In this document: positions 12,176 through 24,442 of the stretch, piece by piece
Position numbering within the stretch: the first letter of the stretch is position 1
How the letters are laid out: each line of letters starts with the position of its first letter
NCBI RefSeq assembly: GCF_009914755.1
Contig: NC_060938.1
From: the human T2T-CHM13v2.0 reference genome, Homo sapiens
Strand: one strand, 5' to 3'
Length of the DNA stretch: 64,000 nucleotides
Notes under the pieces: model-generated
Databases searched by the model: none
What the model saw: only the letters and a program-made list of their open reading frames with translations
What the model was told of the DNA's origin: nothing
Position numbers and translations under genes: made by a program

Positions 12176-14203
12176 ACTATTATAATAATAGACGGTAAGT
12201 TTCCTCAGTTTCTACTGGCAACCATGCACATGGCTGAGGCATTTTTGCTGGTGTGAGTATAGGAGCAATAAAGACAAATATTAAGGTTGATTAAGGATTT
12301 TTGTTGCTGTTGTTTTGTCTAATGGGTGCAGTAGAAGGGATGGAGGTAGAAGATGAGAAAGTGGGTCAGGTGATTAATTGAGGGTCTTTGGTTGTCTGGA
12401 AAAGTAAAATAAGAAAGCCCCTCTTAAACCATGAGAAGAAAAGAGGATTTCTAGAATGTTATAGAATGGATGTTCTGTATGTTAAAGTATGAGAAGTCTT
12501 GGAAGGAAAGCAGTTTGTTTTCAAAAAGTGAGGAACTAAAATCTAAGATTTCTGATTTGTAAGAATACAAGATAATAACAAGATTTAGGTTATCTCCAAG
12601 AGTGTGGTAACACATGGAGTTGAGATAGTCTACTAGAAAATGGTGTTCGCATAAAACATGCACAGGAAACTTGAGGCAACCCAGAGCTATGACAGGGTTT
12701 AGAGTAAAGAAGTAATACTTAATGATAATTTTTAAATGCCTGACAAGATCTTCAGTATTAAAGAAGTGTAGAAAAATCCAATCAAAGGGACTTTGAAAGA
12801 AGATGATATTTATATTGCATTTATCCCATCATTAAAGGAAGAGTGATGATTTAGACTTGAACTCAGCACTGAGGTGGTAGTCAAGGAGTTGTTTGAGGGA
12901 AGAAATATCCTTCATTTAAAATAATTGCAAACTTCTCAAGGGCTGAAAAAAATATTAGTGGGAAGAATCAAAGCTGAAGCAATACTAGCTCACTGATATT
13001 GAAAACACTGATTTCACTATTTCACATTCACTTTAATGCCCTTGGGGAGCTTCTATATAAAAGAGCCTAAGTCAAAGTGCTCTTTAAAATAAGACCAAAA
13101 CTTGAGAAACACCGTAAGATTCAATTTTTCCTAATTTTTTAAAGGCAGAATTAGAGAAAAAAAATTTTCATAAACACTAGAGAAGAGTGCCAAAGTTTTA
13201 TGGTGTAGTTTTCTTAAAAAGCGTTTAAGTTGCCTAAGGCTTATATAAAGATTATCAAAACTCTATTCAAGTTTGTTTCTCTGCATAATAGTGCTGAGAT
13301 GCTTCTCTGGTAATAAACTTGCTTTAAGATCCTTGGGATCAATACATAGTTGAAATGTTGGGAATATTTCAAAGCATGATAATCAAAAGAAAGACACTGA
13401 CTAGAAGAAACATTAAATAAATTAATTGAATGTATGCAGAAAAAGTAACTGAGAAGAGATTATAGTCAACTTTATAACTAAATAACATAATGAATTTGTG
13501 TCTATAAAGTCTTTCAACAACAAAAATTGTTGTTGGATTGCTAAACCTAACAGTTACTATGACTGCAAAAGCACAGTTCAGTGGGAGAGAAGGGTATATT
13601 CTTGCATTAATCTTATGTAGGGCGTATGGTCCCAGTATATTTCACAAAACCCTGAAATACCATGGAAAATTCAATTGCTGTGTACTTATTTTATCCATCC
13701 ACAGAGCCCATTCAATAGAACCAGTAGCATTCTCAAGCACAGCTTGAGAAACCAAAAGTCAGAGGGTTCTATGATTTTTCCAGGGTTACATAATTAAAAG
13801 TGCCAAGATTAAAGGTAGGTTTCATTCTTTCCAGTGTAGCCCAAAACAATAAACACCTTTGCTGATGCTTAGTTGAATAGTGCTTTTTAGTCTTAATTTG
13901 CCAACTCAATTTTTCATTCTTTTAAAATGTGCATTAATACTTTGAAGCGACAAGTAATATTAGTGATGCTCACCCACTACTTTAACAAGTAGAAGGCCAT
14001 ACAGATTAAGAAAACAAAAGAATATATTTGACTATAAAAATATCTAATCTCTGAGCAATTTTAGATGCTTTGTCCACAAAAAGTGGGTATAATTTTATTG
14101 GATGATTCAGATCAGGCCTTTATAATTATTTAAGCGTTTATTCATAAGGAAAAGATTCTACCCTTAAAATATCTGAAAGGCTTTTTTCACATTAGTTAGT
14201 CTT

Positions 14204-15030
14204 GCATTCAACAAATATTTTTGAGCACCTACTCTGTGTCCGATAGTAAACAAAGAATTGAAGAAAAAAAGACAAATTTTCCTTACATTCATTTGCACTA
14301 GGGCGAAGGTATACAGAAAGTAAACAGTATCTATAAGTAAAATATACATTATATGGTGATAATTAGAATGAAATAAAATAAAAGAAAGACAATAAGAAAC
14401 TTTGGAAGAAGATGCTGCAATTTTAAATAAGGGCAAATCTTAATGGGAATGAGATATTTATTTGAAGAACTAAAGGAGTCAGCAAAATGGGTTATACCAC
14501 ATATGAGCAAAGAAATACCTAGGGAAGTAAACAACAAACACAGAAGTCCTGAGGATGGGGTGTGCCTGATATGTCCTGGAAGAAAGGAGGAGAGGATGGA
14601 GGAGTGTTAGGAGATGAGATGGAGAGTTAGGGATGAGGAGCAGCAGGCCACATCATCCAGAGTCTTAGAGCCCATTTTAGTGAATGTGGATTTTACTCTA
14701 AATGCGATAAGAAGTCATCTGATGGTGTAGAGCTGAAGTAACATTACCTGGCTCATTTGAGCGGATTTCTTCAAAATAGACTAAAAGGGTAAGGGCAAAA
14801 ACAGGAAATAGCTAGACTGCCTCAATAATCTAAACAAGTCATGCTGAATTTGGATTCTAGTAGTTAGAGTGGAGATGAAGTCAGTGGCTAGATGCTGCAT
14901 AAATTTTGAAGACACAACCATCAGGAGCAGATAAGTGATTACATGAAGATTTTGAGAGAATGACAGGAGTCAAAATTGACTCCAAGTTTTTTGGCTAAAG
15001 AATTGAAAGGATGACCATTACATGAGGTGG
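14204..15030 (-). mobile_element. L2a fragment
   Basis: CATTCAACAAATATTTTTGAGCACCTACTCTGTG terminus through GGAGTCAAAATTGACTCCAAGTTTTTTGGC. Confidence 0.85.
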
Positions 15031-17397
15031 TTAAAGATAAAGGCCTATTATTTAGGCTCTGAGTGCTTCTTGCCTATAGTAATATTTAGGATAACCTGGC
15101 TTTTTGTTTCTTGACATTTATTTTTCTTATTTGTTGGTTTAGCTCCAAGTTATTTTAAAACATCTTGTGCATTACATCATATAAATAATAAATATCTTCA
15201 TTCTCTTCACATTTCTTCAATATGGTCATACAATAAATGAATAATGATATTTTAACTTGTATTTTTGTCTGCAGTTTGAAAAGATTGGTAATTTTAGGCT
15301 CACTGAAGAATCAGCCCCTTTCCACCACGCCTGCCTTTTTTCCTTTATTTTAGCCATTGACTTAGCAATTTTTAGAGAGGAGTGAAATGTTAACTGGCCA
15401 ATTTTAAGTTTCCTGAAATCTCTAAGGGATAGGATACACAGAGAGATACAGATAGCTCTTAAATAAGTAATAAGCAATATATTTGACTTTTTTTTTCTTG
15501 TATTTGTTAAAGGACAATAGTGAGTTTGGGAAACAATGTAATTTTTAAATGGCTCTAGTCATGAACTGGAAGGTAACAAATGACAGAAAGGAAGTTAAGT
15601 TAGTACCTACACAATTATTGAATAGCTTAGTCCTTTGATAGAATCATAGAATCTACTTGAACCTCAGCTTTCATAATAATTGCCATGTATTTGTTTTGCT
15701 CTTTAAAATAAAAAAATATGAAAATGTGTGCAAAAAACTGAAGATACCTGAAAAATATCAATGTTAGCTTATAACTCCCACTCCAACAGACATGGACCCA
15801 ACAAGCGAAAAAAGTTTAGATGACTGAAAAAGAAATAGGTGGTACAGTCTATTAGCCTCAAGTATGAACCAGTTATACTTTATTCCTCTTCTTTATGCTT
15901 CTTTATTTACCTTTCATAGAAGTTATTTCCATTTCCATTACAAACCATTTAACTAACATCATTTCTACACGTCTAGTGGCAAAACTCTTGCAGCTACAAT
16001 TTTTACCACAATAATTCGGCCATTAGTAATCATAAAAATGAAGTAAATGTCAGAGAATATTACTACCAGTTGTCTCATTGTACTGAACAACCATGAACAT
16101 TTGCTGATTTTCATATTTTATCTTAGTTATTTTTAACTTGAAAAACTTGTTTCAGATTATTTTTAAAAATTAACAATGTAAAGAGTGTAGGCAAATTGAA
16201 TGTACTAAAAAGGCTTGTACATAACATCTGTGTCCAGCACTGTACTTTTAATTGTTGGAGTTAGAACCAAATAGTGTTGTAGTAGATATAGCTAAGCAGA
16301 ACTCACTGAAACTGAATAATTAAGTGTACTCTTAAAATTTTACTAAATCAGAGAAAAAATTACTAATATGAAAATCAGAAAACAAATGTGACTTTTCTAT
16401 TTCAATGGAAAATTTAATATTATAGTTTTCAGGCAAACACAAAAATCAAATTTCTTAATTCAATGTTGTTATAGGTAGATATTAGAGGAAAAGTTCTGAA
16501 AATATTAAGAAAATTATATGTTGTGCATGCAACTGACCTACTATTATTTTTCTACTGAATATAATGCTAACAGCCAAGTCATATATTTCTCAATAGCAGT
16601 GCTTCTAAAAATTTTATAAAGTAGCTTTGATAAAAACAGCCCAAAGAGCCATATAAGATTACTACAATATTTTTCATTTACTGTTTTTAGCTGTAACATT
16701 TTTCAGCAATAATATTAATTTCCCAAAATTTTACAAGTTTCAGAGTGTACATGTTTTGCAGCAAATTTAAATCAGGAATATTCAGATTAGTAATTTGAAG
16801 TTATATAACTTGAATGCCATCCCTATGACAGGTTGAAACATGTGATCAAAATTTAACCTAACTTTGGCATCTACTATTACATCAAAATTTGTTAACAATA
16901 GATATAACATTCAAGAAAAAGTAATCCCTATTATTTGATTATAAGTTTGTCATTTTTTATAGCAAAAGTAATTTACAGGACATCAAGACATCTTTCTCTG
17001 AAACTATATTCCTAACAACCAGTCACGGTCCCTTCACAATCTAGCTAGAGCCCATGTTCTAGATTGAGTACCTATTTGTTACTAAAACGCAAAGGATATC
17101 TTGGTGAAGTAAGCTATTGTTTGTTATCAATGTACATATTTGAACAATTTAGTTATTTTTTTCAGTTTTAACTTGTCATCTCATTGAAAACAAATCATTT
17201 TAATAGAAAATCGTGATACGGATTACCTGAGAGCCCTGCGCAGCAATTAGAACAAATATAGTAGGATTCTTAAGAGGAAAATAAGTAAATGTAAAGGCAA
17301 ATTCTTATACTTTAAAATTGTATCTAGATCTCACTGTGTCTTTTTCCCACTCTACCTAACATCAGAAGGTAATGCAATCACACACTTTCTTTACTAA

Positions 17398-19270
17398 TGT
17401 TTTTGCTTAGTCTAGTTACCCAAACACCAATGTCTGAGACAAAAGATTGTTTGTAAGAGCAGAAATGAGGGACTGGAGAAGTGATCCAGGGTAAGAGAGG
17501 AAGCTAATGTACTGGTGCATTACTGACTTAGCCACCACTGTGTATCATCAGTTCTGAATACTGCTGGGACCTGTTGAGGAGCCTTGAGAAAAGTATCTCA
17601 GAATTATGCCCCCTAGCGGTAAGAAAGGGAAACATTTATTTGTCACCCTCCCTCATAGATAAAGGATTGTTCCATCGGACATTAACATTTTGGTACTTCC
17701 TAGTTGCATGTGTGAAAGACCTGAAGTTCCTACATGAATATGAAGTTCTTACATTATAATGTCAGAGAAAAACCAGGGCAAGAAGAAAGAGGTGCGGAGT
17801 ATGTGCTTAGCATGAGAAACTCTTAGGTTCTACTCACTCAAAACTAGTTGCCACATCTCTGCTAGTAATGAGATGAGGCCAAGAAGATTTGAAGCGCATT
17901 GAAAAGGTATTTTATACAGTCAGCCCTGTGCCTCGCTTAGATATGTAGATAGGTTTATGCTCTCCATTAACCCCGATCCATCTTATAGTACCCTTCAGCC
18001 TGATCCAAATTCTATGAGTTTCATAAAAGACAATTATTGTGACTAATTATAATCTCTGTTCCTACAGCTCACTCATAGTCCTTAACTGATATTTCACCAT
18101 TAACTCTGTTTGTCTTCACCATGTGTTCTAGGTTTTTTGAAACTTTATTTCTTATATCAGCCTATCAAGTGTTTTTACCTGGTTATGTAACAAAATAATA
18201 GTCTCTCAAAAATCTAACTCCTCAATTTCCTTGCCCTTTTTGGGCCATGATTGCTGTAAGTACAGGACAGTAAGAGTTAGGATGAATAGACCCATCTTAC
18301 ATTCACTTCTTGATTCCTAGAGGAATGTTTTTCAGGATCTGGTACAACATATCAGTCATTGGCTCAACATATGTACAACATCTTGGAAAACAAAATTCCA
18401 AATCTTAGTGGTAGTCCCTGAGCTGGTATCTTAGCTAAGGCTTAATAAAGTCAATCTATGGCTCTATCAACGTAGATGTTTCTGAGTGATGAGATAGATG
18501 GGAAGACCCACAGATCCCACAGTCATGTGCATATTGTAGAATCTCCTTTATTACAAATTGAGTTCCTCGTTCCAAAGCAATGTTGTGTAGGTGCCATACT
18601 ACTAAGTCAGAACTGTGTATCCCCTTATATAATGGTGCTGTCCAATAGCACTTACTACCAATAATGGGGCCTCTGTTGTCATATGTGTAGTAAGTAACAG
18701 AGCATCAATATCCTGAGGGTATACTTTCTAGGGCTACTCCCAGTACCAACCCTTTCACCAAAAGCAGAGCCTGGGACAAAGATCTATAGTTACGTAATTT
18801 ACTTTGGAACACTGGAGAGTTGGAATAAGAAAAGGAAGTAAAACCAATACAAGGAGTTCTTACAGCTAAGGGTGACTCATCACATGATGCCACCAAAACA
18901 TTCTGAGATGCCTAATAAAATGTACCTTAAAACTATCCACCCAGTGGAAAAACAAGAGAATTAATCCGTGGGCTCCTATCCCCCATTGATAAAGTGCTGC
19001 CTCAAGGAATGTCAACTCCCTCACACTTCTAAGTACTGTATGCATGAGGCTCAAAGAATTCCTGTAGGCTTCCCGGCTGGCTTCCTAAACTTTGTCTTCA
19101 GAGAAGCCATGGAGCAGGAAATGTGAGGTGCAGAAAATGTAAATAAGGCAAAGTGCAGTCAGGCTATCTTGTGCAAAGCTTGTTGAAGTACACAGAACCA
19201 ATGCACCATGGCTGGGATACTGAGTGAGGTAGGGGCAAGAAGCTATGAAGCTGGCACAAGGGCTCTTCAG
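17398..19270 (-). mobile_element. Degenerate ERVL provirus: LTR33-like LTR (~17398-17918), internal remnant, second LTR33-like LTR (~18748-19270)
   Basis: Two diverged, collinear LTR33-like segments. CTACTCCCAGTACCA (reverse of PBS-like TGGTACTGGGAGTAG) abuts the second LTR. Confidence 0.65.
17607..17620 (-). promoter_or_regulatory. CTCF core motif
   Basis: minus strand ACCGCTAGGGGGCA matches CCRSYAGRKGGCR. Confidence 0.6.
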
Positions 19271-20124
19271 AAGCTCATTGCTCTCCAGTGGTTAAGATGG
19301 ATGTAGTGAAAGTGAAGGGTCATTCTGTAGTTACTCTATCAATATGACTTTGTCTTCCCCCAAGGTGAATCAAATTGAGCCTTCAATATACCCTACATAT
19401 ATCCAGAATTGTATAACTATAACTTAGGAAGGCATTAACTAATGTACTACTTTAAGACAAAAATAGCATTTAGAAGACATGTCTTTAATACACAGCAATT
19501 TGGAGTTATTTTAGGTCCAATGAGAAGACTTTTTCAACTAAAAGTTAGTAGATGACCTTCCTCCAAAAATAATGTAAACTAAGTATGAAAATTGGTTCAT
19601 CCTCCTTATAAATACTTTCTATCTTCTTGTAAACACCTCAAAGCTAACAACTGGGGGTTGAATGTCATGTAAGAGAAATTCATGTTGTTTAATGTTTTTG
19701 CAACACTGGTTTGATGAAATAATTGGTGGCTTTTCTTGTTGTTTTCCCTTTTACATTAAAGTTAGACACATTAAAGGTATAATAATATCTTTTTATTTCA
19801 TTGGATTTTTATCATAATTATTGGGTGAAATAAGACATTAAACTAGTTAACTGATTTTTGCTGTCCCATAGGCTTATCATTTATTCTGATTTAGTAAAGA
19901 CATAAGGTGGCTTTATTTCATTTATTAGAGATGGATGTTATTTACCCTTCCATGATGTACCTGGGGCACTGAGATTTGGAATAAGGTGTGCAAATTGAAT
20001 TATTATCGCAATATAGTTGTCCTTCTGTACACCTTCCTAGGAATATTATAATGTATTTCCTATACTCAGTAACATTAAAACATTTTTATGTAAAAACTTC
20101 CTTTTAAGAATAATCAAAATAATA

Positions 20125-20375
20125 TGATTGGAATGCCTACTATGTGCCGTGGACTAAACTAGATTCTGGGAGAAAAATAATAAATACAACTTGGTCCTTT
20201 GCCCTAAATGTCTAATAGAAAATTTCTATTCACTTTGTAAAACTTACCATTATCTTTACATTATAATTTCATGACACTATAGACATACACTTTTGTTTTC
20301 TCTGACACATGTTCAATTTGAGACTAGTAGGGTAGATTATCTAATTCTTAATAGTGATATTTTCTCCCAGACATA
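20125..20375. mobile_element. L2 fragments (both orientations)
   Basis: GAATGCCTACTATGTGCC...GGTCCTTTGCCCT (antisense) followed by a sense L2-like 3' part. Confidence 0.5.
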
Positions 20376-20602
20376 TCCAACCAAACTATGCATCATTTTA
20401 ACCATCCTACAGCCACATTCAAGCAAATACTATATTCTGTGCATATGTCTTTCACTTGTGCCCTTGAATCAATTGGTTTGATTTTATCCTCCCTCTTATT
20501 AAAGCAGTACAGGTTCTCATGTTTTATAGCAAGACTATCAGTGTCTTCTTTTCTTGCTCTTATCTTCTATGTTTCTTTCTAATGAACATGATGGCCAATA
20601 AT

Positions 20603-20728
20603 TGGGGTGACCATACATCCCAGTTTTCCTGAAACACTCCTAATTTTTCCTATTGCGACAAATGAAAGCAGTCCCTTTCACTCTAAAAAAAAAGATCCAA
20701 TTAGGGGATAAGTTGCATGGCCATTCTA
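20603..20728 (+). mobile_element. MER94 (hAT-Blackjack)
   Basis: GGGGTGACCATACATCCCAGTTT...CCCTTTCACTCTAAAA...GATAAGTTGCATGGCCATTCTA. Confidence 0.75.
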
Positions 20729-21184
20729 CCTACAATAATACTATGTTCATCTCGGTCACCCTATTCTTTTCAAAGTCTTTCAATGGCTAAGGCAAAAAAA
20801 AAATTTAAATAGGATCCAAAACTTTCTGTAATTTTACCAAAATCTATCCTTTAAAAACTTTATTTAACATGTTCTCCTTTTTAAACCTACCTAAATCATT
20901 TTCCAAGTTTAATAATTTTGATGGTGAACTCAAATTTCTTGTTTTCTTGCCATTTTTTCCTGATTACTTTCTTTTATATTCCCTTTGAGCCACAGTGAAT
21001 ACTCTTTTGTCATTCACATCCTAATTGGTAACAATCATGTTATTTTATTCTAGTAAAATTAGCTCTAATAACAGCATTTAGTTACCTTATATGTTCTTTG
21101 ATTTTTGTATTTAGTTTTATTTATTATTATTATGAATTTGCTCATCTCTGAGCGCCTGGACAACCTCATATGTTCTGATAGGAG

Positions 21185-21345
21185 ACAATATTGAGTAGTG
21201 TTTAATAACAGGGACTCTGGTGTCACAATGACCTATGCATGAATACTAGTTATTCCAGTTTGCTCTACTGCTTAAGCTACTTATTTCCCTTTATTATACA
21301 ATATCTGTAAATGTGACAAAGGTAACTTATTAAATAGGGTCAGGG
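21185..21345 (+). mobile_element. MIR
   Basis: TAGTGTTTAATAACAGGGACTCTGGTGTCA...ATCTGTAAATG...AATAGGGT. Confidence 0.6.
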
Positions 21346-23779
21346 AACAGAGAGAAGTACTAGGAACCAAATAATGGTCGATAATACTTCAAAAATACTA
21401 ACTCCCACTCGCATTTTTCTTCCACCAATACATTTTTGCAGTCTTAAAGATAAATATTACCTCTCCAAAATTTGGGAGTCAGATGTATATTATAAGCTAG
21501 GTTTTACGTGATTGAATTTACTACATTTGAAGAATGTGGGATTGGGACTGGTAGGCATAATATTTTCCCAGGCCCCAACATTTCAGTTATTAGTCTGGGT
21601 CCTGGGGAATTTCTTATCTCTCTTGAGGAAAATTACTCATTTATCCAGGGATGTTCTTTATTATCCTTGCACTGAATGTCTCCTTCACAAAAGTTATGAC
21701 CCAACTTTTCCATATTCTCTGAATTTAAACTTGTTGAATCTGATCACAAGTTTCCCTCTCTCGTCCTTCCCTGTAGGCAACTTGCCATCTAGTGTTAAAA
21801 AGAAGCATTCACACAAACATTACATTGAGTGCGATAGAAACTATGAGAAAGCAATGCACAAGTGAAATGTATTAGAACTTGGGATCTTTCTTTCTCTCAA
21901 ACCTAGGATAATAGCTAGAAAAATGGTATCCATAAATATTTGATGGTAAGATTAATTGACTAAATCAACTATTTCTATAATTAATTTAAATAATATATAT
22001 TTTACTTTCTATCAGTTATTTCTGTTACAATATCTCAGCCATTTTAATGATGATGATGGAAGACGGGTTTATGGAGGACTCTACAACTTACAAGGCAGGA
22101 TTACTATTTATCCTCCAGTTCATTAGCAGATTCTTAGTGCTTTATTTGGTTTTTTTACCAGGTTAGATAGGCTAACAGACAACAGTCTTAATAGCACCAA
22201 GTTATTGCATAGAGATTAAAAATAACCTTCTAATAAAATCTCAAAATAAATATCAAAAATACTTCAGGGAATTATTTAAGATTACCCCACTGGATGTATA
22301 TAACTTTACATAATGAGCCAATTTCACTAACTCACTCTTTATTTCTATCTGCAAACAAGTTGCATACCAGTCTGTTTTTTTTTTCTGAGGCACCAAATAT
22401 ATATGGTAATTATATAATAAGCATCTTAAAATTTCTGTCATGTTGATGATATATTTTGGATTTCTTAACAATTTCTGAATAAAAATTGATTGGTAATAGT
22501 TCAAAAGAAATAAAGTTTCCTTACAAGAAATCAATTGAGCAGCTACAAAATTTAAGAATGTAAAATAATCTGAAAGTGTCATGTCTTTATTCATGAAACT
22601 GTCAAGAATTCTCCTTATCCCATTTTAGTTGTTTAGTTCTTTTTGTATCACTCTATATTTGCACAAAGAGATATCTATACATTTATGAAACACAATTCAA
22701 GAATGCCAAAAGAAAAAGAACCTAGCAATTTAAAAGTATCTAAAAGAAAACATTTGAAATACTATCTTTTGATCACTTTCTGTGACCAATTTTTTTAAAC
22801 TGATTTGTTTCTTTGAAGTCCTTCTACACAAGCCCCTAATGAAATACTGCAAATAAAGGTAGGCAGGGAAAAATACGAAGGGGTTAGAAATGTATAAAGC
22901 AAATTTAGGAATAATATACCCATCCACATAAGCGCTTGTCATGTTATGTACATTTAGGATAAAGTTTGGTAGTTACTATCAGCCCTGGCAGGTATTTATT
23001 CAAGATATTTGGAAAGCCTATTTAAAAAAAAAAAAAAGGAATAGAGAAAGAGTCAAGAATCCAAGTCATGTAAGATTAAATGACGAAGTTCCCCAGAAAC
23101 CTCTTCAACTTCCTGTGTGTGTGTTTGGAAGTCAATCATTCTCAGGGTTAGTAAGTTCAAGTCAGATCAGCAGAGGACATTAAATAGCCACCAGTCAGAA
23201 AAGCAAGTATCTAGGTAAGCATGATTGTCAGCATTCACGGCAGATAAGAGGCAGCTGTGAGACTGGCCAGAAAAAAAGCAGGAAAAGTACAGATGTAACC
23301 AGAATTTAAAATAAAACAGAAAGATGCTGCATCATCAGAGGATTAGGCACCAGGTTTACTGAGGCCATTGAGCAATAGGACTGGAAAGGGTAGGAGCAAG
23401 ATACATAATAAAAGACCTCTGAGCATAGTTCTATCAGGAAGGCAGAATTCAGTGAGACAGTTTTCTGCTTCCTGCCCTGGTTTATGGTCCTAAGAGCTGT
23501 TATTCTATGACCAGAGGCAGTATATACCCAGATGAAAAGGATCAGGTGAAGTTTGAGAGGCATGTTTAAGTTTCACCTGCTTCAACTGATTTCTTGATTT
23601 ATGAAATATCTACTTATTGAACAAGTTTCACATCTCTTCTCTTTGATACTGAAGTGGTCAATATAACCAAAAGGAATTTGAGCTCTTCTGCAATAATATT
23701 TTAATTACTTAACCTAATGTTTTTTTAAAAAAATACATCCTTATATTCAGATAATTAATAACTATATTTCATCCCTCAG

Positions 23780-24442
23780 TGCAGTACAAGGTGTGTTAGT
23801 CACTCATCAAAATTTGTGTAATCCTTCTCATCCTCCTGGGCACACAGCAAGATTACATTTCCTGCTTTCTTTCAATTTGGTGTGTCCAGGTTTCAGAGCC
23901 CTGGGCAGTAAAAAGTGAAAATTATGTGCGCTGTTTCTAGATCAAGCTTTATGAAGTGGCTATGCTTCCTTCATGTTCTCCTTCCTCCTCTTCAAACTGG
24001 ATACACAAAATACTTAATTATATTGCGTATATATTCAGGGTCTTAATTGACCCGGAATTTACCCTGCTAATACAATCACCGCTAGCCGTTAAGTGAGTAT
24101 TTATATTTAAATTAATTAAAATTAAATACAATTTTGATTCAGTTCCACAGTCACACTCACTACATTTCAGGTACTCAATGGTCACATACCAAGTGGCTAT
24201 TACCATTATAAAACATATCATCATTGCAGAAAGTTCTACTGGATAGTGTTTTTCCTAGATGACAGTGAAGCAAAAATACAAAAACAGTCTGGATACCTGA
24301 CTCACCACATAGAAAGTCACACACAAACCAGTACCATCTATTTGGGACAATTAGGTGAGTGAAAAATAAAATACCAGTTTTTGAGTCATTCCACAATTTT
24401 GGGTCTATGTTACTATAGGTGCTGGTTACCCTAACTAGTACA
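23780..24442 (+). mobile_element. MLT1I/J (MaLR) LTR interrupted by MER3
   Basis: CTCCTGGGCACACAGCAAGATTACATTTCC...; end CCCTAACTAGTACA. Confidence 0.75.
24062..24250 (-). mobile_element. MER3 (hAT-Charlie)
   Basis: TTTAAATTAATTAAAATTAAAT...CTACATTTCAGGTACTCAAT...CATCATTGCAGAAAGTTCTACTGGATAGTG. Confidence 0.85.

Noticed and set aside
13515-13535. 9-bp inverted repeat CAACAACAA-AAA-TTGTTGTTG
   Set aside because: Low-complexity arms; expected by chance in 64 kb
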